In this document: one piece after another, positions 46,958 to 56,750 of the stretch
Layout of the letters: each line of letters begins with the position of its first letter
Numbering within the stretch: position 1 is the stretch's first letter
Source: Candidatus Iainarchaeum sp.
GTDB taxonomy: Archaea > Iainarchaeota > Iainarchaeia > Iainarchaeales > UBA10219
Reading direction: 5' to 3'
Assembly: GCA_018304425.1 (NCBI GenBank)
Contig: JAGVWE010000002.1
Location: 1 to 64,000 of the forward strand
Length of the DNA: 64,000 nt
Notes under the pieces: generated by a model
The model's database searches: none
The model's input: the letters and a program-made list of their open reading frames with translations, nothing else
Told to the model about the DNA's origin: nothing
Position numbers and translations under genes: made by a program

Positions 46958-48229
46958 CTACAACTCCAGGACGTCGCCGAGGCGCGGGGCAACGGTATTG
47001 AAGCCCTCCCTCTTCAGGTCGGCCATGAACTGTTCCTCGATTTTTTCGTCGCCGTGCACCAGGACGATGTTGTCTGGGTCCCACTTCTTTATGGCGTGCA
47101 GGAGCTCGGACTTGCCCGCATGCGCGGAGAAGTCGAATTTCTCGACTTCCATGCGGACGTCGACCTCGTGCTTGTCGATGACCAGTTTCCCGGTTTCCAG
47201 GAGCCTCCGGCCGGGCGTGTCCGCAACCTGGTAACCGGTCAGGAAAATCTTGGAGTTCGCGTCCTTGTAGAGCTTGGGCAGGTAATAATAGATGGGACCG
47301 CCCTGCAGCATGCCCGAAGTGGTCACAATGACGCTGGGCCGCTTCAAGGCTTCCTTGCGGTTCTTTTCCTTCAACACCCAGTTGGCGCGGTCCAGCGCGC
47401 GCTTGAGGGCCTGCGGTTTCTTGATGTAGTTGGCATACTTGAGGTAAATGCGCGCCGCCTTCAACGCCATGCCATCCAGGTAGACGTCCGCGCCCACCTT
47501 GTACTCGTTCAAGACGTCAATGATTTCCGCGCTCCGGCCCACGGCGAACGCCGCGACCACCGCGTGCCCGCCGCGGTCAATCGTGTTCTGGACTTCCTCG
47601 CAGAACAGCCGCTCCGACTCCTTTCGCGGGGGATGGTCGCGGTCCCCATAACAGCTTTCGATGATGAGGTCATCCACTTTTCCGACGTTGAGGTTGGCCC
47701 CGGTGTGGAGCCTGGTTTCGTTGGGCTTGAAGTCGCCGGTGTACATGAGTTTCCTGCCGCCGAAGTCGAGCTTGGTCAGGGCCGCGCCCAGGATGTGGCC
47801 GGCGTCAAAGAACTCCATCGACGAACGCTGCGAGATGTCCATCTTCTTGCCGAAGTTGATGGGAAAGGTATAGCGTTCCGTGCGCACGATTTCGTCCTCG
47901 GAGAACGGCGCGTCCAAGCCATCCATGTCCGCGATTTTCAGGGTGTCGGCCCACAAGAGCTTGGAGATGTCCAGGGTGGGCGGGGTCATGTAGGTCAGGG
48001 TGTTCGAGGAACTGAACAGGTGCGGCAAATGCCCGGAGTGGTCGAGGTGCGCGTGAGAGATGATGGCCGCGTCCAGGTTGCCCTTGACGGGCAGGGGATA
48101 TTCGACTCCTTTGGGGTGGAGTTTGACACCGCAGTCCAGCATGACCCGGTCGCCGGCCTCCACCACGAAACAACTCCGCCCGACCTCGCGGGCCGCGCCA
48201 TGGAAGGAGATTTTCAGTTTATGGTGCAT
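46958..48229 (-). CDS. Beta-CASP metallo-beta-lactamase ribonuclease
   Basis: EVGRSC, SHAHLDHSG, AGHILG, YTGD, ESCYG, FSAHA and VHGD. Confidence 0.94.
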   Translation of the reverse strand: MHHKLKISFHGAAREVGRSCFVVEAGDRVMLDCGVKLHPKGVEYPLPVKGNLDAAIISHAHLDHSGHLPHLFSSSNTLTYMTPPTLDISKLLWADTLKIADMDGLDAPFSEDEIVRTERYTFPINFGKKMDISQRSSMEFFDAGHILGAALTKLDFGGRKLMYTGDFKPNETRLHTGANLNVGKVDDLIIESCYGDRDHPPRKESERLFCEEVQNTIDRGGHAVVAAFAVGRSAEIIDVLNEYKVGADVYLDGMALKAARIYLKYANYIKKPQALKRALDRANWVLKEKNRKEALKRPSVIVTTSGMLQGGPIYYYLPKLYKDANSKIFLTGYQVADTPGRRLLETGKLVIDKHEVDVRMEVEKFDFSAHAGKSELLHAIKKWDPDNIVLVHGDEKIEEQFMADLKREGFNTVAPRLGDVLEL

Positions 48230-48298
48230 GCAATCAATCCAACGTAATTAGAGTTACAAGGACTTATAAATAGTTAACCGGCCCATCCAAGAAGCGAA

Positions 48299-48775
48299 TC
48301 ACTGTTTTCGCACTAATTTCCCGTCCTTTAAAGCTACCAGCAACGCCTTCGACGTCTGTTTCAGGGCAGGGTGCACGAAGTCCGGCGCGAGTTCGGCGAG
48401 GGGTTCCAAGACGAACCGCCGCTTGTGCAGTTCTGGGTGCGGGATTTTCAGGCCGGGTTCGTCAATGATTTCGTTGCCGTAAAACAGGAGGTCCAGGTCG
48501 ATGGCGCGCGGCCCCCAACGGGTGGAACGCGTCCGGCCCAGGGCGGCCTCAACGGATAGGAGGAAGTCCAGCAGCTGGCGGGGGACAAGGCCGGTTTCGA
48601 GTTCGGCGACGGCGTTCAAGAACCAGGGCTGATCTTCAAAGCCAACCGGCTCGGTCTCGTAAAAGCCGGAAACCCGCTGCACCCGGGCCTTGGCGGCAAG
48701 CAATTGCAGGGCCTGGTGGAGGTTCTTCTCTTTGTCGCCGCGGTTGGAGCCCAAGCCGATGAACACCCGGGTCAT
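48299..48775 (-). CDS. folK: 6-hydroxymethyl-dihydropterin pyrophosphokinase
   Basis: IGLGSN, YETEP, FLNAV, WGPRAIDLDLL, IPHP and RRFVLEPL. Confidence 0.96.
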   Translation of the reverse strand: MTRVFIGLGSNRGDKEKNLHQALQLLAAKARVQRVSGFYETEPVGFEDQPWFLNAVAELETGLVPRQLLDFLLSVEAALGRTRSTRWGPRAIDLDLLFYGNEIIDEPGLKIPHPELHKRRFVLEPLAELAPDFVHPALKQTSKALLVALKDGKLVRKQ

Positions 48776-49143
48776 TCGCCCCGCTTCCTGTAGATTTCCA
48801 CGGTCACGTCCCGCAAACTGTACCTGGGCTTGGGCAACTGCTTGACCACGCGCACCATGACCGCGTCAACCCTAGGATGCCCTAACACGAGGTCGGTTAC
48901 CGTCTCGGCAACCGCTTCAATCAGGTTGAATTCCTTGCCTTCCACCCGGGCCTGGATCTCCTTGTACAAGTCCGCGTAGTTTATGGTGCGCGAGAGGTCG
49001 TCGGCCGCGCCCGCATTCCGCAACTCCGCTTCCAAGCCCACCGTGATGGAAATCGTCTGCTTGGTCATGCGCTCGGTCTCCGTAGCCCCCACGTGGAGCT
49101 GGAACCGCATGTCATTCATGTACAGCCTGTCAGCCATGTTCAT
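48772..49143 (-). CDS. folB: Dihydroneopterin aldolase
   Basis: HVG...ER...Q, DDLSRTINY and NLIEAVAE. Confidence 0.92.
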   Translation of the reverse strand: MNMADRLYMNDMRFQLHVGATETERMTKQTISITVGLEAELRNAGAADDLSRTINYADLYKEIQARVEGKEFNLIEAVAETVTDLVLGHPRVDAVMVRVVKQLPKPRYSLRDVTVEIYRKRGE

Positions 49144-49943
49144 GCCTCCTTGATTGCTTGCACCAGGTCAATGACTCTCCGGGCGTCCCGCACGTCGTGC
49201 ACGCGCACCAGGTCCGCTCCGTTCCACACCGAGACCGCGACCGCGGCCAGCGTTCCTTCGAGGCGGTTGTTCACGTCGAGGCCCAAGACGTTGCCGATAA
49301 AGGACTTGCGCGAGGGCCCCACGCAGAGGGGTTTCCCGAGTTCCTTGAACTCGGCTAGGCGCTTCAGCAACTGCAGGTTGTGTGCCGTGGTCTTGCCAAA
49401 ACCGATGCCCGGGTCGAGGATGACTTGCCGGAGCCCCGCTTCCTTGGCGGCTGCCAGGCGGTCCCGGAAGTAAGCCAGGAGATCCATGACGACATCTACA
49501 TAAACTGGTTTTTCCTGCATGTTCTTGGGGTTGCCCAGCATGTGCATGCAGACCACGGGCACCTGGTAATCGGCCGCCAATTCGAGGATGGCGGGGTTGC
49601 GGAGGCCCGTGACGTCGTTGAGGAGGTTGGCGCCCATTTCCAGGCAGGCCCTCGCGACTTCGGGCTTGTAGGTGTCGATGGAGAGGGGAATTGAGATTTT
49701 GTCCACGAGTTGTTCGAGCACGGGCTGGAGGCGGCGGAGTTCTTCCTGCACCGAAACCGGGTCGCTGCCTGGGCGCGTGCTTTCTCCTCCAAGGTCCAAA
49801 ACGTCGGCCCCTTGCGCGACCATTTCGTGGGCGCGCGCGACCGCGGCCTGCGTGGAGGGAAAGTGGCCGCCGTCCGAGAACGAGTCGGGAGTCACATTCA
49901 GTATGCCCATGATGCGTGGCTTCGAAAAATCGAGGGGTTTCAT
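49140..49943 (-). CDS. folP: Dihydropteroate synthase
   Basis: MGILNVTPDSFSDGG, GGESTRPG, DPGIGFGK, SRKSFIG and VRVHDV. Confidence 0.97.
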   Translation of the reverse strand: MKPLDFSKPRIMGILNVTPDSFSDGGHFPSTQAAVARAHEMVAQGADVLDLGGESTRPGSDPVSVQEELRRLQPVLEQLVDKISIPLSIDTYKPEVARACLEMGANLLNDVTGLRNPAILELAADYQVPVVCMHMLGNPKNMQEKPVYVDVVMDLLAYFRDRLAAAKEAGLRQVILDPGIGFGKTTAHNLQLLKRLAEFKELGKPLCVGPSRKSFIGNVLGLDVNNRLEGTLAAVAVSVWNGADLVRVHDVRDARRVIDLVQAIKEA

Positions 49944-49944
49944 G

Positions 49945-50502
49945 TCATCCCTTGATGAGTGAGAGTGCTTCGGCGCGCGTGGCCTGGTTTTTCTCGAAGA
50001 TGCCGCGCACCGCCGAGGTAATCGTCTTGGCGCCGGGTTTTTTGGCCCCGATCATTTCGAGGCAGAGGTGCCTTCCCTCCACGATGACGAGCGCGCCGCG
50101 GGGTTTCAGTTTTTTCATGAGGAGGTCGGCGAGTTCGGTGACGAGTTTTTCCTGGAGCGTGGGCTTCTTGGCGAGGGCGTCGACGGCTTTGGCGAGGGCG
50201 CTGAACCCGGCGACGCGGTCGTCTTTGGGGATGTATGCGATGCTGGCCTTGCCGAAGAAGGGCAGCAGGTGGTGTTCGCACACGCCGTACAAGGGGATGT
50301 CTTTGACCAACACCATTTCTTCGTGCCTGAGCTCGTGGGTGGTTTCCAGGAGTTTTTCGGGGTCGGCGTCGAGGCCGGAAAAGATTTCGGCGTACATGTC
50401 GGCCACGCGTTCCGGGGTCCTGGTCAGGCCGCTGCGTTTTGGGTCTTCGCCGATGGCTTCCAGCAGCAATTCAATGGCTTTCTTTACCCTGGCTTTGTCC
50501 AT
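49945..50502 (-). CDS. folE: GTP cyclohydrolase IA
   Basis: TPERVA, CEHHLLPFFG, LQEKL and HLCLEMIG. Confidence 0.95.
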   Translation of the reverse strand: MDKARVKKAIELLLEAIGEDPKRSGLTRTPERVADMYAEIFSGLDADPEKLLETTHELRHEEMVLVKDIPLYGVCEHHLLPFFGKASIAYIPKDDRVAGFSALAKAVDALAKKPTLQEKLVTELADLLMKKLKPRGALVIVEGRHLCLEMIGAKKPGAKTITSAVRGIFEKNQATRAEALSLIKG

Positions 50503-50579
50503 TTCTTCCCCAATAGGATTGGCTGGGAAAGGGTTTAAAAGGCTGGCTTTACGGCATTGCCAGGGCTTTCCGCAACCTA

Positions 50580-50846
50580 TTCCGCGCGCAACTCGATTTT
50601 TTTGTTGGCGCCGACCTTGAGTTTGAGGGTGTTTCCTTTCTGGAGGCCCAAGGCCTGCTGGTCTTCGATGTGCACGTGGCCCAACTCGCCGGGCGGTTGC
50701 TCGCCGAGCTCAAATACCAGGGCCAGGCCATTGGGGACGCCGATACCCTCATCGCCGCGCTCGCCTTGCGCCACAACCGAACGCTGGTGACGCGGAATGT
50801 CAAACACTTCCAGCGGGTGCCCAACCTAAAAGTAGTTGAATGGTAA
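50580..50846 (+). pseudogene. 5'-truncated PIN/VapC fragment
   Basis: Manual translation: ...VFDVHVAQLAGRLLAELKYQGQAIGDADTLIAALALRHNRTLVTRNVKHFQRVPNLKVVEW*. No N-terminal xxD(T/S)N motif, plausible start codon or antitoxin. Confidence 0.8.
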
Positions 50847-50855
50847 CGCAGCCCC

Positions 50856-51857
50856 TCAGGCCGCGCGGGGGATGAACCAGAATGCGAACATGGCCAGCCA
50901 GAGGACGGTTGACATTGCGAGCAGGACGACCCCGAGGGCGCTGCCTGGCAAGCGCTTCCAGTCCTTTGCCCTGAGTTGGCTGGCCACGATCCAGCCACTG
51001 GCCAGGATGTCCAGCAGGGGAAACAGGAGGGGGCCAATGACGACGAAGGGCGCGAAGAGGGCGACGAGGGCCTCGGTCTTGAGGAACAGGAAAACCGTCC
51101 AGGGCAGGAAGGGCAGTGCGACCAGGAACAAGACTGCTTTGCTTTTGATGGTCACGGCTTCCCTGCTTTTCAGGAGGCCGAACTTGTACAAGCCGTAGAA
51201 GGCCGCGGAAGCGAGGGCGATGCCGGCCAGGTAAAATACGATGAGGCCCAAGGGGAAGTCGAGGACTGGTTCTGGGGCGGATGGGGTGAGCGGCTGTGCT
51301 GGGGCCGGGGTGCCGGAGTTGTCGACCGGGGTGTCGGAATATTCGGCGCCGGAATACCAGGTGGTGCGCTTGGCTGGAGGCGGGGCGCCGAAGTCGCGTT
51401 CCGTGAGGGCCACGAGGCAGCAGGTCGCTGGCTGGCTTGCGCAGTCGCAGTCGGCTGCCCACGCGCCTGCAACGTCCAAGAGTTTGGTTCCTTGGTCGCA
51501 GACGACTGAAAGGTTTTCGTCGCGGAACCCGGTTCCAACGAAGCGAATGATTTGGCCTGGCGGGTCTTCGACGAAGTCCTTGTCGTCCTCGAAGTCGCCC
51601 AGTGAAATGCAGGCCTTTGCCTCTCCTTGGATGCCCTGCGCCCTTTCGATGTTGTCAAGGTCGAGGGGAATCCATTCCCCGAAGGAGGTCTGAAGGGTGG
51701 CGAACGTGCCCGGGTAGTCCAGCATGTTTCGGACCAGGATTTTGGCCGCGCTCTGGGGGTCAGGCGGACTAATGGTGGCGAACGCGGCCGGCACCACGAG
51801 CAGGGACAGGAACAGGAAAGCGAGAACGGGGACGGGAAAGCCCTTGGCCGGCTGCAT
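50856..51857 (-). CDS. Secreted/membrane protein (signal peptide, Cys-containing ectodomain, C-terminal TM helices)
   Basis: LVVPAAFA signal peptide, Pro-rich linker and several hydrophobic helices. Confidence 0.75.
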   Translation of the reverse strand: MQPAKGFPVPVLAFLFLSLLVVPAAFATISPPDPQSAAKILVRNMLDYPGTFATLQTSFGEWIPLDLDNIERAQGIQGEAKACISLGDFEDDKDFVEDPPGQIIRFVGTGFRDENLSVVCDQGTKLLDVAGAWAADCDCASQPATCCLVALTERDFGAPPPAKRTTWYSGAEYSDTPVDNSGTPAPAQPLTPSAPEPVLDFPLGLIVFYLAGIALASAAFYGLYKFGLLKSREAVTIKSKAVLFLVALPFLPWTVFLFLKTEALVALFAPFVVIGPLLFPLLDILASGWIVASQLRAKDWKRLPGSALGVVLLAMSTVLWLAMFAFWFIPRAA

Positions 51858-51940
51858 GGGCCAAATTAGGGGTTAACTAATATTTAAGGCTGCGGGAGCA
51901 TTATTGCGGTTTTTAAAAAGAACTGCCTCTAGTGGGTTGC

Positions 51941-52561
51941 ATGGCGACCTTGGACCTGGTGCAGTCCCTGGCTTTGGCGAAGAAATACGGCGTGGCGCTC
52001 GCGCCCCACGTGCTCGTGAAGGAGGAAAGCGAAGCAGGCAAGGCCTGCCGGAAAATCGGGTTCCCCTTGGTGCTCAAGCTGGTTTCCTCGGAGGTTTCCC
52101 ACAAGACGGAAGTCAAGGGCGTGGTGTTGAATGTGGGGGACGAGGCAGCGGCGTTGAAGGAATTCCGGCGGATGAAAAAGCTGCCGGGCTTCAAAGGAGT
52201 GGTCGTGCAGCCCATGGTGAGGGGCCTTGAATTGATTGTGGGCGGGAAACGGGATGAACAGTTCGGCCCGACCGTGTTGTTTGGCTTGGGCGGGATTTTC
52301 GTGGAGGTGTTCAAGGACTTGAGCCTGCGGATTTGTCCCTTGACGCGGGCGGATGCCGAGGAAATGCTGGACGAAGTCAAGGCGGCCAAGCTGTTGAAGG
52401 GCTTCCGGGGCGCAAAACCCGTGAACCGGAAGCAGCTCGTTGACCTCATCCTGCACGCCGGCAGGCTCATGGAAAAAGAAGGCGTCCAGGAACTCGACTT
52501 GAACCCCGTCATCGCGAACGAGAAGAACGTGTGGGCGGTGGACGCGCGCGTAATTAAATGA
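51941..52561 (+). CDS. acdB: ADP-forming acetate-CoA ligase, beta (ATP-grasp) subunit
   Basis: GFPLVLK, SHKTEVKGV, FGPTVLFGLGGIFVE, LDLNP and AVDAR. Confidence 0.92.
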   Translation: MATLDLVQSLALAKKYGVALAPHVLVKEESEAGKACRKIGFPLVLKLVSSEVSHKTEVKGVVLNVGDEAAALKEFRRMKKLPGFKGVVVQPMVRGLELIVGGKRDEQFGPTVLFGLGGIFVEVFKDLSLRICPLTRADAEEMLDEVKAAKLLKGFRGAKPVNRKQLVDLILHAGRLMEKEGVQELDLNPVIANEKNVWAVDARVIK

Positions 52562-52579
52562 CGACCGGCCGGGTAACCG

Positions 52580-53455
52580 TCATTCGGCGGGCTCGGCGGG
52601 TTCTTCGGGTCTTGAAAGGCGCGCCATTTTTTCTTTGAGTGCTTTGGCCAGGTCCTTGTTTTGGTAAATGGTTACATCGAAATCGTAGGGGGCCTGGTAC
52701 TGGTTTTGGGCGTAGACGCGGAGCAGGTCTTGGAGGCTGGAAACCTGGCTGTAGAGGTGTTCCATGGCTTTCATGGTTTCGGGGCTTTTCCGGATTTCGA
52801 TGATGGAATTTCCTTGGACGATGAAGTCGTTTTCGAGGCCGTGGTCCACGCCGATGGAGACCGTTCGGCTGCCGGCCAGGCGGTAGAAGTGTGCGATGAG
52901 GGAGTCAAAGGAACTGGTTTTGCGGATGACGGCGCTGGCTTCGCCGACGCTGGCGACCATGTTTTTGAGCAGGGCGAAATCACGGAAAGCGAATTCCAGG
53001 GGCCAGAAAGCGTGGTCAAAGAAGCCGATGACGGCGGGTTTTTCTTTTCCTGCCAGGGTTTTGCGGCGCAGCAGGTCGACGAGGGAAGTGCACAGATGGC
53101 TGTAGTTGGTGAACTTGAAGTTGAGTGTCCCGGTGAAGCCCGGCACGATTTTGAGGGTGGAGCCGTTGCCGGAATAGGTTTGCTCGAGTTTGGAGCCGAA
53201 TTGCTTGACGTGCTGGATCCAGTGGCGGTTGAGGCGGTAGTCGTGACCCAGTCGTTCGAGGACGTGCTCGGTTTCGAGTTGGTTGAGGGTCTTGTGCACG
53301 GCCTGGTAGCTCACGTGGAAGAGTTTCCGGGAACGGATTTCAAAGTAGAGGCCTTTGGCGGTGAGCGGCCAGTTTTCGGCGAGGATGTTGATGATGGCTT
53401 CCTTGGTGGAAGATTCCCTTTCCCTGAGCAAACTGATGGCCCCATCCACAATCAT
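52580..53455 (-). CDS. Winged-helix domain hypothetical protein
   Basis: STKEAIINILAENWPLTAKGLY...VSYQAVHKTLNQL wHTH. Start uncertain. Confidence 0.75.
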   Translation of the reverse strand: MIVDGAISLLRERESSTKEAIINILAENWPLTAKGLYFEIRSRKLFHVSYQAVHKTLNQLETEHVLERLGHDYRLNRHWIQHVKQFGSKLEQTYSGNGSTLKIVPGFTGTLNFKFTNYSHLCTSLVDLLRRKTLAGKEKPAVIGFFDHAFWPLEFAFRDFALLKNMVASVGEASAVIRKTSSFDSLIAHFYRLAGSRTVSIGVDHGLENDFIVQGNSIIEIRKSPETMKAMEHLYSQVSSLQDLLRVYAQNQYQAPYDFDVTIYQNKDLAKALKEKMARLSRPEEPAEPAE

Positions 53456-53691
53456 GCTTTGACCTCGAAAGTCTCGCACATTGGGCTGGTTTATCACGAA
53501 CCCTTATCAGGGTCAGAATTCGGCAGGCGAAAACGGGTTGGCGCTGGCAAGAGCCAAAAACGCGCGTCTATATTGGGGGGGCCACGATTAATATACTTAC
53601 CTCCCACGATTTATGGATTAAGTTAAATAATAGCAAAAATAACTGGAAAAAACGATGGTTTTTTAAGATAAATGTAGATATTATCCATCTT

Positions 53692-54156
53692 ATGTCTAAA
53701 CCCTTGGATGAGGTGGACAAGCTAATCCTCAACCAATTGCTGACGGAAGCCAAAATACCCAATTACAAGGATTTGGGCAAAAAAATGGGCCTTGCGCCCC
53801 AAACCATTCACAACCGCCTCCAAAAACTACAGAAAACCGGTTATATTTTGGGCTTTATCCCACTTCTCGACTTAAAGAAACTAGGCTATGCCCTCACGGC
53901 CCTGGTCCAGGTATCGGCTGCAAAAGGCGACGTCGACACCCTGGCCCGAAAATACTCCAACCACAAGAACGTGGTGGGCATCTACGACATCCTCGGCCAA
54001 TACGACATGCTGCTCATCACCAAATTCCGTTCCCTGGAAGACCTCGACTTTTTCATCAAGGAATTCCAGGGCAAAAACCCCCAGGTGCGCAGCACCCACA
54101 CCATCAGCGTGCTCAACGTGCAAAAGGACACGGTTACCCCGTGCCCCCTCGAATGA
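53692..54156 (+). CDS. Lrp/AsnC family transcriptional regulator
   Basis: LDEVDKLIL, TIHNRLQKLQKTGYI, LGY and GQYDML. Confidence 0.94.
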   Translation: MSKPLDEVDKLILNQLLTEAKIPNYKDLGKKMGLAPQTIHNRLQKLQKTGYILGFIPLLDLKKLGYALTALVQVSAAKGDVDTLARKYSNHKNVVGIYDILGQYDMLLITKFRSLEDLDFFIKEFQGKNPQVRSTHTISVLNVQKDTVTPCPLE

Positions 54157-54173
54157 AATGGAGCAGCCAAGGA

Positions 54174-54193
54174 AATCAACCAATTGGTTGATT
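54174..54193. promoter_or_regulatory. Perfect 20-bp palindrome, candidate transcription-factor site
   Basis: AATCAACCAATTGGTTGATT, about 20 bp upstream of a TATA-like ATATTAAT. Confidence 0.6.
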
Positions 54194-54355
54194 GTCGTTA
54201 AACCGCAACCATATTAATGGCTTGAACAGAAGGCTATGGGCAATAAGGTCCAGCTGGAAGCTGGACTGGTGAGCCAGCCCGGCGTGCCCTTCCCGCTTCG
54301 CGCGGGGAGGCGCACGCTGTAAAACTAGTTCTCCCAATACCTGGAAGGTGAGTGT

Positions 54356-54679
54356 ATGCGAATAGAGGCCAAACTATGGGAGCACACGCTTTACAAACTC
54401 GTGCTTGCGGGAACCCTTCACCTGAACGAGGCGAGGATCCTGAAATGCCTCTGGGAACACGGCAAACTGGATTTGTGGCAGGCCAGCCAGTTCACGGGCC
54501 TGGAAGCCATCGAAACCGCGGAAGCCTGCAGGGGCCTGCACGAAAAAGGAGTCATCCGCGTGACCCCGGAAGGCTATGAAGTCGAAGCAATGGAAGCCGT
54601 GCTGGACCGGCTCATCGAGCAAACTAGTCCGGACAAGCGCGGCATCCTGCAAATAGAGGTGCAGGCCACAGCGAATTAA
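54356..54679 (+). CDS. Small winged-helix-like protein
   Basis: EARILKCLWEHG...GLHEKGVI. SD-like AGGTGA upstream. Confidence 0.7.
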   Translation: MRIEAKLWEHTLYKLVLAGTLHLNEARILKCLWEHGKLDLWQASQFTGLEAIETAEACRGLHEKGVIRVTPEGYEVEAMEAVLDRLIEQTSPDKRGILQIEVQATAN

Positions 54680-54737
54680 GTGCCTGAAAAGCAGCGGCGC
54701 AAAAAAAAGAAAAAAAGGCGGCGGCCAACGGCCGCCC

Positions 54738-55010
54738 CTACTTGAACGTGTCCGCGTTGATGCCCGTGTCGTCGAACTCCGCTGAGTCAAGATCCGCCAG
54801 CAAGGCGTCCACTTCCTTCAGCGAATCATCCACTGCCTGGACGTCGGCCTCCATGGCCTCTACCACAGGAGCCTCGGGTGGGGTGACGGCGGACGGCATT
54901 TCCGCTGACGGGGTTTGCACGACGGGTTGCGCTGGCGGAGCCGCTTTCTGGGCGGTGCAGCCAAGCAACAACAACAGGGAAAGAACCGCGACCACAGAAA
55001 AGGCCTTCAT
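54738..55010 (-). CDS. Small lipoprotein-like protein
   Basis: LLLLLGC lipobox-like signal and an acidic tail. Confidence 0.75.
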   Translation of the reverse strand: MKAFSVVAVLSLLLLLGCTAQKAAPPAQPVVQTPSAEMPSAVTPPEAPVVEAMEADVQAVDDSLKEVDALLADLDSAEFDDTGINADTFK

Positions 55011-56287
55011 GCGGATTCCTCCCCAGCCGCTTCAGCTTCCACCTGGGCGTCAGCATCTGCCTCAGCTTCCGCTTCGGCTTCAACCTCGGCTTCAACCTCG
55101 GCTTCAACCTCGGCTTCCTCCTCGACTTCAACCTCGTGTTCCGGGGTTTCGACTTCCACCTCGGACTCGGTTGAAGCGCTCAGGTCGGCCGAGACATCGA
55201 TGTCTGACTTCGCCTTGCCTGCCTGCAAGGCCTTTATCTCGCGGACGATGCTTTTCACAGCCTTAAAAGCGGCTTTCAGCTTATGCTGCGCGTCCTTGAG
55301 CAGCCGCTTGCCCTCCTGGAAAACCGCTTTCGCGTCCTCCTTGGACTCGGCGGCCTTCCACTTGGCCTCCAGCTGCACCTTCAACTCGGCAACGGCCTTG
55401 AATTCGGCGTCGAGCCGGACCAAAGCCGCTTCGAGCTTGGTCGTGTCCTTGCCGCTGGCTTTCAGCTTTTCAACCAGGACTCCAAGCCGCTCGTGGAACC
55501 CCTTCGCGTGCCGCAACACCGCTTCCAAGCGGTTGTTCAAGGCCCTGGCGAGGTGGAGTTGCCAGCGCTTCAAGGAAGCCTTGGCCGTTGAATCAACGGT
55601 TCCCGCGACCTCGACCAGCTGCGCCTCGGAAATCTCCCCGCCGGCGCTTAACGTGGCCTCGGCTTCCGCCATGGCCCCGGCTTCAGCCGCAGAACCGGCC
55701 TCGGCTTCCGCGCCTTCCTCAATGGCTGCCTGCCGCCGCTCCTTCCAGGCCCGGATTTTCGCGAGCAAGGCGGCCTTCGCCTCGGCCTTCACCCCGGCCT
55801 TCTCCTCGGCAGTCAGTTCCTTCCACTTGCCCCGCACTTCCCTGAGGCGCGCGGCAAGTCTGAGGTTCTTTTCCACGAACTCCTTTCGGCGTTCCTGGAA
55901 CTTTTCCACGCGCGCCTTCACTTTTTCGGCGCGTTCCAGCACGCGTTCCCGGACGTCCTCGGCCCGGTCACGCACGTCCTCGCGCTTGTCCAAGACGTCC
56001 TCGACCTTGTCGCGCACGCCGCCCTGCACGCGCGCGTCCAGGATGTCCTCCGCCTTGTCCCGGACGTCTTCACGCCGATCCCGGACATCTTCCCTTTTGT
56101 CCAGCCGGTTCTCCCGCTTGTCCAAGAGGTCTTCGCGGACGTCTGCCTTGATGCGGGCCTTCACGCTCACACCGGCCTTGGCCCTGACCCCAGCACCGGA
56201 GTCAGAAGACCCTTCCGCGAACACCAGGGGCAAAACGGATGCCAGCAAGAGCAGGGAAAAAAACACTGCTCCCATTTTTTGCTTCAT
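55007..56287 (-). CDS. Secreted coiled-coil protein with (D/K)REDVRD heptads and an EAEVEAE tail
   Basis: Signal peptide from ATG 56287 after GGAGGAGG. Charged heptad repeats. Confidence 0.82.
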   Translation of the reverse strand: MKQKMGAVFFSLLLLASVLPLVFAEGSSDSGAGVRAKAGVSVKARIKADVREDLLDKRENRLDKREDVRDRREDVRDKAEDILDARVQGGVRDKVEDVLDKREDVRDRAEDVRERVLERAEKVKARVEKFQERRKEFVEKNLRLAARLREVRGKWKELTAEEKAGVKAEAKAALLAKIRAWKERRQAAIEEGAEAEAGSAAEAGAMAEAEATLSAGGEISEAQLVEVAGTVDSTAKASLKRWQLHLARALNNRLEAVLRHAKGFHERLGVLVEKLKASGKDTTKLEAALVRLDAEFKAVAELKVQLEAKWKAAESKEDAKAVFQEGKRLLKDAQHKLKAAFKAVKSIVREIKALQAGKAKSDIDVSADLSASTESEVEVETPEHEVEVEEEAEVEAEVEAEVEAEAEAEADADAQVEAEAAGEESA

Positions 56288-56750
56288 GGCTTTACCTCCT
56301 CCCTTTGATTGAAGTACTTGAAAGACGAACCAAAAATACTTAAACGAATCCTCCCCGGCCCCGCCGGCCCCAATGACTCCGAAAGGACTTCCGGTGGTTG
56401 GAGACGTGGGCAACGACCTCCACTGGACGGTCGCTCACCCAAAGCCCGCCACACGCCTCCACGAATTCAAACGGGTTTTCTTTCACGGGATTCACTTCCA
56501 TTCCTTTTTTCCTGGACTCCATGATGCTGCCCATGCCTTAATAAAAGAGGAAACCGGCGGGGTTCAGGCAACGGTTTCCCTGCACGATTGTCGCCGAGGT
56601 AGTTTAAATGCATGCTTTCCAGGCCGGGACCCGGCCACGACATTTAATCCTTTACGAAACTTTATGCGGGCCTCTCACGCGAAAAAAAGCTTTACCCTGC
56701 CTTGGAGGCCCAAAAGAAGGGTTAAAAGCATTTGGCCGCAAGAGGAATGC

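Noticed and set aside
48231-48250. CAATCAATCCAACGTAAT resembling the motif M core
   Set aside because: Only a partial match without the upstream AACAAAATATAAAT block, so probably chance.
55040-55135. Tandem 12-bp repeat CTCGGCTTCAAC
   Set aside because: It encodes the VEAE low-complexity tail of the coiled-coil protein and is not a spacer array.
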